From Candidatus Woesearchaeota archaeon (lineage in GTDB: Archaea > Nanobdellota > Nanobdellia > Woesearchaeales > UBA10216), in assembly GCA_016180085.1 (NCBI GenBank), contig JACPBX010000003.1, forward strand, positions 83,582-147,581: DNA of 64,000 nt, written 5' to 3'. Below are positions 47,389-55,252 of the stretch, piece after piece. A program made the position numbers and the translations under genes. Below the pieces are notes generated by a model. The model worked only from the letters and a program-made list of their open reading frames with translations. It was not told the DNA's origin and did no database searches. How positions within the stretch are numbered: position 1 is the stretch's first letter; each line of letters starts with the position of its first letter.

Positions 47389-49117
47389 CCCCGATGCCGT
47401 TGTTCCTGAGCACAGTCAGGTACTGGTTTTCATATTCGGCGCTCATGTTTGCATTGAGGAACTGTTGTATCAGGTAAAGGCTTGCCTGCTGCAGCGCAGG
47501 CTGTGGTGAAGACCTGTCTATCAGGTAATAGTCTGCGCTGCAAATGTCCACAGGGCCCCTGATTACGGTGTCCTGCGTGTGCTGCCCGAAGCTGAACAGG
47601 CCTTTCCTGTACGGCAGGCCTGAGCCGCTGTCTGAGGTATAAGTTACTGTCAGCATTCTGTCAAACTTTCCTGTAGTGATGAGCTTATTTATGGCCTCTG
47701 CAAACTCCGGTATGTCAAGGAAGTAGTTTTTTCTTTCAGTGTTGTATAGAACAGATGTCTGGCTGTACATCAGGCTAAATGGGACATACACTGTTGCCTC
47801 CTTTGGCGTGTTGTCCGCAATCCACCTCATCGCTTCCCAGTGCTCCTTCGTCATGCCGCCGCCTGATGTTGGCTCATAGTAAACAGCCAGGACAGCTGCG
47901 CCCAGCAATGCTGTGATTGCAGCTGCAGCAATAAACATGTTAAACTTTTTCAGGACAGGGCTTAGGAACAGCCGCACCAGCTGGTAGATGCCAAACCCTG
48001 CGAGAGGCGCGAGTGTTATTGGCCAGAAAAGCCTTGTCTGGAATGACCTGAGCCCGAATCCCGCATAAGTTCCCAGGCCGGCCAGTAGCATGTAGCCCGA
48101 AAAAAGCAGCGCCAAAAGCTTCGGGCTTGAAAATACCCTTTCAAGCTCGTCCCTTTTTTGCAGGACAAACAGCACAGCAAAAACAAGCCCTGCAATGATT
48201 GCAATCAGCATAAACCCGAAAGTAGTCGGGAAAACAGTGGCTGCCGGGAAGCTTGCACTTACGGTTTCAACATTGAAGCGGTAGCCTTGCATTTTTAGCC
48301 AGATGCCTATGAACAGCGGCCAGAAATAAAGCGTGGGTATTATCGCCAGGATGAGGCCTGTAAGGATTTTCCTGTTCTCCTGGAAGAAAATCTTCAGCCC
48401 TGCAAGCTTGTGTTTTGCTAAATTTGCTGCCAAAAGCACAGCAAAGGCTGCAGAAAGCAGTATGCCTAAAAAAAGCGTTTCTGACGTGTGCGTCATTATC
48501 GTTCCTGCGAGCGGCATTGCCAGCAGAAGGTAGCCCCTCGGCAGCTCGAGCTTGGTCAGCGCCCAGGCTGTTGTTGCCAAAAAAAGGCTTGAGAATGCAA
48601 AGGGCATTTGCCCGAAAGTCGCCATGCCAAGAAACGGCTTTCCTGTTGCTGCGAACAGTGTTAGTGGCAGAGCAAGCATGCCGACATGCCTGCCCAGGCT
48701 TTTGGCAATGTGGTAGGCCACAAGTGCCGCAAGTGCAAGGGCCAGGCCTATGACAAGCATCAGCGAATCATAACTTGCCTGTCCGCTAAGGTTTGACAAA
48801 AGAGCTGTTACGTGGTAAGTTACCGGCGGGTAAAACCCGAGCACATCCTTGAGCCCGGCCATCATGTACGGCGCTTCTGCCCTGTACTGCCCCATCTGCT
48901 TTATGGCTTCAGCCCTTGCCTGGTGCTGGTAGGAATCGCTTGCCCCATACCCAACAGGATAGTCATGGTTTATTTTGTGCCCTGAAGCGGTTCCAACCCC
49001 AAGAAAAAGTATTGCAGTGAAGAACGCAGCAAGGATGGCAACCTCAATAAGGCCTTCTACCCCTTTCGCGTTGCCTGCCGTATTGCCTGCTTCTCCTGCT
49101 TTTTCCTCTTCAGCCAT
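47372..49117 (-). CDS. Multi-pass GT-C/AglB-N-terminal-like membrane protein
   Basis: YPVGYGASDSYQH, YPPVTYH, FGQMP, HTSE and C-terminal WEAMRWIADNTP. Confidence 0.65.
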   Translation of the reverse strand: MAEEEKAGEAGNTAGNAKGVEGLIEVAILAAFFTAILFLGVGTASGHKINHDYPVGYGASDSYQHQARAEAIKQMGQYRAEAPYMMAGLKDVLGFYPPVTYHVTALLSNLSGQASYDSLMLVIGLALALAALVAYHIAKSLGRHVGMLALPLTLFAATGKPFLGMATFGQMPFAFSSLFLATTAWALTKLELPRGYLLLAMPLAGTIMTHTSETLFLGILLSAAFAVLLAANLAKHKLAGLKIFFQENRKILTGLILAIIPTLYFWPLFIGIWLKMQGYRFNVETVSASFPAATVFPTTFGFMLIAIIAGLVFAVLFVLQKRDELERVFSSPKLLALLFSGYMLLAGLGTYAGFGLRSFQTRLFWPITLAPLAGFGIYQLVRLFLSPVLKKFNMFIAAAAITALLGAAVLAVYYEPTSGGGMTKEHWEAMRWIADNTPKEATVYVPFSLMYSQTSVLYNTERKNYFLDIPEFAEAINKLITTGKFDRMLTVTYTSDSGSGLPYRKGLFSFGQHTQDTVIRGPVDICSADYYLIDRSSPQPALQQASLYLIQQFLNANMSAEYENQYLTVLRNNGIGGDCIA

Positions 49118-49167
49118 TGGGCGAAAGTGTGAATGGCAGGATTATAAAGCTTTTGCCGCCATTTGCG

Positions 49168-51573
49168 TCACTTGCCTGCGCTTTTAACAATCTTGACTGT
49201 GGCAGCAGCGAACTCATTCACTTTCCCTTTTTCCACAAGGATTCCCTTCTTTAGCACCTCAGGGTGTGAGCCAATCCTGAACGCAATTGCAGGCTTTCCG
49301 ACAGCGTTTGCCTCGCAATTATGTATTGCACCTTGTAACGTTGTATAACTTCGGTCTTTGCTTACTTCTATGTTGCAAACAGGACCATTGTAGGCCTTGT
49401 CCTGTATGCGGCGGATTTGGGTGTAGAAGTACCTGTCATCAAGCCAGTAACGGTTATGTGCCCCTCGGGCTTTATTAGTTTGGCACCTTTCTCCCAGGAT
49501 GTTGCAAAAAGCATGTTTGTATTGTCCGGTCACGCTTAAATTGTACTCTATGCCTTTATCTCCCCTGTTGGCAACATGAATATTGCAACCAATTCCTAAT
49601 CGGAAAAGCACGTCCCGTATCTGTTCCGCTAATTTTTGTGAAGCTGTGCTAAATGAAACAATCGTATTGCCTTTGGCATCGTTGAAAACGCAGCCGTCTC
49701 CTCTCCACAACCCCTTGACAAGCTCTTTTAGTTTATGTGGTGGCAGCCTAAGGAACTCGGCAGGAATCTGTTTGTTTTTAGCACCAGTCTCTCCTAAAGC
49801 TGAGAAAAGCCTGTTGAGCAGTTGTGAGGTGAAGAATATGCGGCAGCCGTTCTTTTTTATCTCACGATAACCTTCTATATCAAAAATTCTTTTTACCAGT
49901 GTTAAGACGTCATTTTGGTATGTTTGCTCGCCTGCATGAAACGAAAAGATTAGTGTTGATTTTGTCTTTGAAGCGTGTCCTTCAGACAGGTAGTAGCCAA
50001 ACAAGCGAAGGAAGTCACCATTAACTCTTACTTTGGTTGGTACAGAAATTTTTGCTCGTGGAACGTACCTCGCCTTTTTTAAATAAGCGCTGATTAAGAA
50101 ACGTTTGGATAGGCTTAGTTGGTTGGGAATATTATTTAGGTAGCGATATATTGCATTCTTACTTAGGCGCAATTTTTTCCCGATCGCTTCGTAGGTTTCT
50201 TTACCACGTTCGGTCTTCCTGCTGTATCTATAAAAAAGCCTGTCGTTTCCCTCAATTGTGCCGGGCAAATACCGTTTTAGATTTAAATATGTCTTATCAA
50301 CTATTTTGTTGTTATACGGGTAAATAAGTACATCCTTCTCATTTAATTGTTCTGCTTCTATCCATTCAGGCCGATACAGCAAATGGTACTTTTTTAAGCA
50401 CTTATGATTTGGTTTGCAAGTTCTGTTTGACTTGCACATCTTTGTTCGTAGCGCATAAATCCTGTGCTCTGGAGTTATTTCGAGCGGTATGTTACAGCCA
50501 TACACCCTGATGCTTTTTAACTTTCCTCTGTAAGCTCTTCTTGAGACAGCAGTAATAAGTTCTTCTCTGCCAAGGTGTGTAGTTACCTTATCTCCTGCTT
50601 TAAGGTTGCCTATTGCAGTATAGCCGTCATAGCATTTAATCAGGGATTTTGGCGTAAGACAAAGTGGAATATTGAACCCTTCCCACATGCTTGCAGTCAC
50701 ATATGCATCGCATGCGCCGTAGTAAGCTGGCAGTTCTTTGTCAGCAACAAATCCCGTGAATGCCACTCCTCCGATTTCCGCAGCCGTTTTTTGCAGCTGC
50801 CTTGAATATTTCGGAAAGGTATGCTTTCCGACAACAACCAGGGTTGCGGCAGGGATTTTCTCTTTTACCAGCTTAAACGCCTGAAGCAGCAGGTGAACTC
50901 CTTTATGGGGTGATATCCTTCCAACGTATAACAGCACCGGCTTCCTCAGGTTGTGTTTTTTCACAACCGCAGCAATCTCTTTTTTATATTTCGCAGCCGC
51001 ATTTTTATTGAACCTTTTTGTGTCTATCTTCACATACTTGACCTGGCTGTTGAGGCCGGTTTCCTTTTTCAGCTCGCTGCCGCAGAACTTGCTTATCGAT
51101 ATTGCCGCATCAGCATTCTTAACGGTTATTTTTGTGAATGCAGCGAATATCTTCATGTAAACCCTCTCAAAAAACCCGTCAAAAAGCTGCGGGTAGGCAA
51201 CTCCAACATCATAATAAACGTATTTCAGCCTCTGCCCCATTCTTTTCCTTGCCAGCATCGCAGGCAATGTCATCGGGTAAAGAAAGCTGATTGCCTTATC
51301 AAACCCGCTCAGCCTGTTGACAATTCTTATTACCTTCGCAGCATCAAGGAAGAAGAGTAATCTGTAAATTCTCTCCAGCAGCGGCTGCTTTGGCATTCCC
51401 AGCACTTCAACAGCTATGCCTTTCTTTTGCAGCTGCAGCGTATCAAAATCGGTTTTGAAAGTTATTACTGTAACATCATTCTTGCCTGCTGCCAGCTCTG
51501 TCGCTTCATTGTAAACTACCCTGTCAGGACCGGAGAACTTCGAGAAGGTTGGAGTGAGTATTGCGATGTTCAT
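49168..51573 (-). CDS. GT4 glycosyltransferase interrupted by an intein (353-aa extein)
   Basis: SGPDRVV, YVGRISPHKG; EGFNIPL|CEANAVGKP is reconstituted after removing the intein. Confidence 0.9.
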   Translation of the reverse strand: MNIAILTPTFSKFSGPDRVVYNEATELAAGKNDVTVITFKTDFDTLQLQKKGIAVEVLGMPKQPLLERIYRLLFFLDAAKVIRIVNRLSGFDKAISFLYPMTLPAMLARKRMGQRLKYVYYDVGVAYPQLFDGFFERVYMKIFAAFTKITVKNADAAISISKFCGSELKKETGLNSQVKYVKIDTKRFNKNAAAKYKKEIAAVVKKHNLRKPVLLYVGRISPHKGVHLLLQAFKLVKEKIPAATLVVVGKHTFPKYSRQLQKTAAEIGGVAFTGFVADKELPAYYGACDAYVTASMWEGFNIPLCLTPKSLIKCYDGYTAIGNLKAGDKVTTHLGREELITAVSRRAYRGKLKSIRVYGCNIPLEITPEHRIYALRTKMCKSNRTCKPNHKCLKKYHLLYRPEWIEAEQLNEKDVLIYPYNNKIVDKTYLNLKRYLPGTIEGNDRLFYRYSRKTERGKETYEAIGKKLRLSKNAIYRYLNNIPNQLSLSKRFLISAYLKKARYVPRAKISVPTKVRVNGDFLRLFGYYLSEGHASKTKSTLIFSFHAGEQTYQNDVLTLVKRIFDIEGYREIKKNGCRIFFTSQLLNRLFSALGETGAKNKQIPAEFLRLPPHKLKELVKGLWRGDGCVFNDAKGNTIVSFSTASQKLAEQIRDVLFRLGIGCNIHVANRGDKGIEYNLSVTGQYKHAFCNILGERCQTNKARGAHNRYWLDDRYFYTQIRRIQDKAYNGPVCNIEVSKDRSYTTLQGAIHNCEANAVGKPAIAFRIGSHPEVLKKGILVEKGKVNEFAAATVKIVKSAGK
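49318..50661 (-). mobile_element. Intein with LAGLIDADG homing endonuclease and HTH insert (448 aa)
   Basis: Block A CLTPKSLI, block B ITPEH, LAGLIDADG-like GYYLSEG and KGLWRGDG, C-terminal IHN followed by Cys+1. Confidence 0.92.
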
Positions 51574-51597
51574 GGCTTTGCACCGGTTTCTGCTATT

Positions 51598-52518
51598 TTA
51601 AAACGTTTTCGGTGCCGGCATTACTTCCTGCTTGGCAAGGTCTTCCAAAGTAACATTTCTCAGGTAATTCCTGATTTCGCCGTCAGAAGCGCCGGCCTTC
51701 AGTTTGACATCCACAGAGTCTCCTACCATGTAGGCAACCTGCAGCGTTCTTTCTATCCCTCTGTTGTTCAGGTACACGAACGGCCCTGACAGAGCTATGC
51801 TGAAGCCAAGCATAGGACTGAAGTACGAGAGCATGACTGCCACAAAGTCCAACAACAAATTTCTTCTATTTATTACCTCTTCCGGTGTGGGGCGCGCACC
51901 CAGAAGCAGGTTTTTCTCGTGAACGGGCATATACCTGTTAATGCCGTATCGTATGAAGCGCGGATCATTGAGAGCCTGTGCGACGCGTACGGTTGAAAAG
52001 TTGTCGGCTATTCTGCTCACTAGGGCTGCACCAGCCGAAAGCAGCAAAAGTCTTCTGGTGGAAGAGGGTTTTCGCGCACGATAAACGTCCCATAAAGTTG
52101 AGTATGTCCTCGCTAAAATCCTTCCTGATTGCGGAGTTTTTTCTGAAAATTGTCTTGGCGGCAGTTTCTTATCTCTTCTCATGGTAAGCTCTGCCCCAAC
52201 TATCGCCCCAGTGTAGAGGGTGGCTCCTATCACCCTATCATAATAATCAAAATCTTCTATTCTGCTCAGCAGTCTTCGGGCGGCAACTATTATTCTCGGT
52301 GCATACTTTGCGGCAGGGCTCTCTTCTCCTTTGAGCTGCGCAATCTCCTGTTCCCTTTCCCCGCTCTCCAGTAAATCTCCCCGGGCTGCTGCTAATGCCG
52401 CCAGCCCGCCAAACGAAACATATATCCAAGCCCTTCTTACAAATTCTCTTCTGGTAATCAGGGCGTTCTCAATCTCGTCTGCGGCTTTTTTGGTTACATC
52501 ATCCAATGGCATACGCAC
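51598..52518 (-). CDS. Hypothetical membrane-associated protein with twin-arginine-like N-terminus
   Basis: 306-aa ORF with TATA-like TTATAA upstream, TRREFV followed by a hydrophobic stretch, no recognisable family. Confidence 0.55.
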   Translation of the reverse strand: MRMPLDDVTKKAADEIENALITRREFVRRAWIYVSFGGLAALAAARGDLLESGEREQEIAQLKGEESPAAKYAPRIIVAARRLLSRIEDFDYYDRVIGATLYTGAIVGAELTMRRDKKLPPRQFSEKTPQSGRILARTYSTLWDVYRARKPSSTRRLLLLSAGAALVSRIADNFSTVRVAQALNDPRFIRYGINRYMPVHEKNLLLGARPTPEEVINRRNLLLDFVAVMLSYFSPMLGFSIALSGPFVYLNNRGIERTLQVAYMVGDSVDVKLKAGASDGEIRNYLRNVTLEDLAKQEVMPAPKTF

Positions 52519-52573
52519 TGCTAATTCGCAATCGTTTATAAGTTTTTTGTAGAATTACCTCTGAATAGTAGTG

Positions 52574-52948
52574 TCACTTTTTGAGTATCTCGTCAACCTT
52601 CTTCTCTATCCTGTCCAGCTTTTTAGAGATATCATTCCAGGCGTCAATCACTATTTCGTGCGGCGGCTTGGGCCTTAAATGCAGTGGCACTGGCTTATGC
52701 CCGCGTAAAAAATCCAAAATCCTCTTGTCTTTCAGAAAGTAATACTTTTTGCCTTCCTTCCACTCGCTTTCTACCAAGCCGATTTCTTCCAATAAGTTAA
52801 GGTGAAAATCCACTGTTTGCGGTTTTTTACTGACCTCTGCAGAAATCTCGCTTAGGTACTTTTCTTTTTTCGCCAGGCTAATCAGTATTCCCCTTCTTAT
52901 GTCCGAAGAGAGAGCTTTGTGGAATATCTCGTCATGCAAAGGAGGCAT
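52574..52948 (-). CDS. ArsR/SmtB-like winged-HTH transcription regulator with C-terminal coiled coil
   Basis: KALSSDIRRGIL, TVDFHLNLLEEIGLV, KKYY and tail KKLDRIEKKVDEILKK. Confidence 0.85.
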   Translation of the reverse strand: MPPLHDEIFHKALSSDIRRGILISLAKKEKYLSEISAEVSKKPQTVDFHLNLLEEIGLVESEWKEGKKYYFLKDKRILDFLRGHKPVPLHLRPKPPHEIVIDAWNDISKKLDRIEKKVDEILKK

Positions 52949-53008
52949 AGTGCTGTTTGACTTCGATATTACTATTAAAACCTTTTCATTCTATTTTACT
53001 AGAAAAGT

Positions 53009-53023
53009 CGAAACATTTATATA
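53009..53023 (+). promoter_or_regulatory. Archaeal BRE/TATA promoter
   Basis: CGAAACA-TTTATATA, nearly identical to 63827-63841. Confidence 0.7.
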
Positions 53024-53080
53024 CTTGCCCTACTTTCCACTATACTAGGAAACCCGAAAGAGTTTCTGTGGAGGTAAAAA

Positions 53081-53389
53081 ATGACAACTGTTGATGAATG
53101 CGTAAGGATGGCTCAAGAAGCCCAAGGCGATAATGCCTACGTAGCTGTCTTCATGCACTACAGGAGCGCGGTTGAAGAAGCGGGATACAGCTCAAATGCC
53201 GCACCTGTGCTATTGGCTGCGGTGCAATATGCGCAGGGGTTAAAGAAGGGCATGGACCGCACAGCTGTAGCAGCTTGGGGAACTAAAGCCATGACTATGA
53301 TGGCTTTAAATCCGGATTTGGAGGGAGTAATAGGCAAGGAAATCACAAAACTCCAAGCAAAGGGTGATGCAAATGCCGCCTCACCATGA
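53081..53389 (+). CDS. Hypothetical helical protein (102 aa)
   Basis: Strong RBS GGAGGT and an upstream promoter. Confidence 0.7.
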   Translation: MTTVDECVRMAQEAQGDNAYVAVFMHYRSAVEEAGYSSNAAPVLLAAVQYAQGLKKGMDRTAVAAWGTKAMTMMALNPDLEGVIGKEITKLQAKGDANAASP

Positions 53390-53603
53390 TTTCGCCATGC
53401 CGCCGCACGCATTGCCTGTAAGGCTGGAAAACAGAATAAAATTCCTCTTTGCCAGCTTTATCATCTCGTCATTGTTTACACTTACTTTTGCCTCGGTGCT
53501 AAAGTTTTTCGGCATACCAGTTAACGTCATAATTCCGTCAAGCGCTCCAATATGGATTGGGACATTGACCATCGGCTATATGGTTCAAGTAGAAAATAAT
53601 TAA
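53373..53603 (+). CDS. Small 2-TM membrane protein (76 aa)
   Basis: RBS GGGTGA 5 nt before ATG 53373; sequence MPPHHDFAMPPHA followed by two hydrophobic helices. Confidence 0.65.
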   Translation: MPPHHDFAMPPHALPVRLENRIKFLFASFIISSLFTLTFASVLKFFGIPVNVIIPSSAPIWIGTLTIGYMVQVENN

Positions 53604-53624
53604 AGTGAAACTGAGGTGAGAAAA

Positions 53625-53747
53625 ATGCCAAGACTACCGCACGAGTTTAATGAAAGGCACTATGAACGGCTGCCTCATGAAGAAATCTTAGAAAGACTCG
53701 ATAGAATTGAAGGCATGTTGAGGAGGATGGAGGATAAATCAAGGTAA
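53625..53747 (+). CDS. Microprotein (40 aa, below the ORF-track cutoff): MPRLPHEFNERHYERLPHEEILERLDRIEGMLRRMEDKSR
   Basis: Perfect RBS GAGGTGAG, own translation of the frame, and similarity to the ArsR tail. Confidence 0.65.
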   Translation: MPRLPHEFNERHYERLPHEEILERLDRIEGMLRRMEDKSR

Positions 53748-54002
53748 TTTATTTTTTTTCTTTTCCACGGCAGCCTTGAACATGCGTGCTTCCCTTTTAA
53801 TGTCTATCATGTCAAATATCTTTATTTTTGGGATGAGGGGCAGCAGCATGAGCACGAACAGCAGGGCTATGAGGTATCTTGCGAAGAAGTCTGACTGGAG
53901 GGGGTATAGGTTGAAGATGTAAATGCCAAGTATCAGCAGTATGAGCAGTAGCAGCGCGAAATAAAGGGCTATTGCTATCTTACTGCCTCTTTTTTTTGGC
54001 AT
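53739..54002 (-). CDS. Small 2-TM membrane protein (87 aa)
   Basis: Basic N-terminus, two hydrophobic helices, lysine-rich tail; TTTAAAAA upstream. Confidence 0.6.
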   Translation of the reverse strand: MPKKRGSKIAIALYFALLLLILLILGIYIFNLYPLQSDFFARYLIALLFVLMLLPLIPKIKIFDMIDIKREARMFKAAVEKKKNKLP

Positions 54003-54027
54003 GTTGCCCTACTCTGTTGCTGCGTTT

Positions 54028-55209
54028 TTAAAGCTTTTTGTATAGCAGCCCCGTGTAAGCGGACAGGTAATTTCTCACGTTTTCCTCAATCGTGAACTTT
54101 CTCAGCTTTGTCCTGTGGCACTTGCCATGAAACATGCCCACAACAGCATCTGCTATCTCCATGCTGTTATTTGGCTCAACAAGGATGTGCTTTCCGCTGA
54201 CAACTTCGGGCAATGATGTGGTGTTGCTTGCGACGATTGGCTTTCCCATAGCAGCCGCTTCAGCAGCAGTGTAGCCAAACCCTTCGCTTATTGATGGCAC
54301 AACAACGCAGTCTGCCGCCTTTATGTAGCTTGGCAGTTCGGAATGGGCGACAGGCTCAACGTTTATTATTCTGCCCTCAAGTTGCAGTTTTTTTATCAGT
54401 TGCATCAGCTGCGAATATTTTTTCGCGTATTGTTTGTCGCGGCTTAGCAGCAGCATCATTCTCGCATTTGGAATTTTTTGGCTTATATCCTTCATCGCAG
54501 TTATTGCATGCTCGATTCCCTTGCTTGTGCCCGGCCTTCCGTAAACGAGCAGCACATAATTTCCCAAGTCGCCTTTGGCGACTGGGCCCAATCGTGCTTT
54601 TGCACGATTTGGGTTCTGCAGCGAGTATTTTTTCCTTATCTTTTCGCCGCTGTATTTTTTAGGGTTAAAGTGCCCATAATCTACGCCGTTGTATATGGTG
54701 ATGGCGTTTTTCTTCCCTATCCTCAATAGTTGTTGCCGTGTTGAGTTTGAGACTGCAACGTACTTATCGACGGCAGGAAGCAGGTAGAGGAATCTTTCGA
54801 ACATGTCGTGAAGGAAAACCTTGACTGGGTTAAAGTCCGTGTACTCCCTCCATTTACCGACCCATACCTCATGAACAGTCACAATGAGGGGCTTTCGTGC
54901 AAATTTTGCAGCCACCCATGCGGGAAAGAAGCCGTTAAAGGTTGTTGTGTGCACGATGTCCGCTTTTTTGGCAGAGGCAATGGCAGCCGGTATAGAAAAA
55001 AACGTGAACAGCTCCCTGCTTCCGAAGCAGCTCACCCTTTTCACTTTCACCCCATTGATTGTTTCCTCTGCAGCCGTGCCTTTGAGCCTATGGGTTATTA
55101 TCGTTGCAGTATGGCCTCTTTTGACGAGTCCCTCTGCAAGGTTCCTGAAAACAACCTCAACCCCGCCTATGTGCGGCAGGTAGTTTTCTATCACGAAAAG
55201 TATGTTCAT
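54028..55209 (-). CDS. GT4 glycosyltransferase
   Basis: YLPHIGGVE, TVHE, YNGVD, YGRPGTSKG, EGFGYTAAE (EX7E). Confidence 0.9.
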   Translation of the reverse strand: MNILFVIENYLPHIGGVEVVFRNLAEGLVKRGHTATIITHRLKGTAAEETINGVKVKRVSCFGSRELFTFFSIPAAIASAKKADIVHTTTFNGFFPAWVAAKFARKPLIVTVHEVWVGKWREYTDFNPVKVFLHDMFERFLYLLPAVDKYVAVSNSTRQQLLRIGKKNAITIYNGVDYGHFNPKKYSGEKIRKKYSLQNPNRAKARLGPVAKGDLGNYVLLVYGRPGTSKGIEHAITAMKDISQKIPNARMMLLLSRDKQYAKKYSQLMQLIKKLQLEGRIINVEPVAHSELPSYIKAADCVVVPSISEGFGYTAAEAAAMGKPIVASNTTSLPEVVSGKHILVEPNNSMEIADAVVGMFHGKCHRTKLRKFTIEENVRNYLSAYTGLLYKKL

Positions 55210-55252
55210 AAGTTGTTTTTGATCAACCTTTTTCTTAAAAAGGTTGTGCTAT

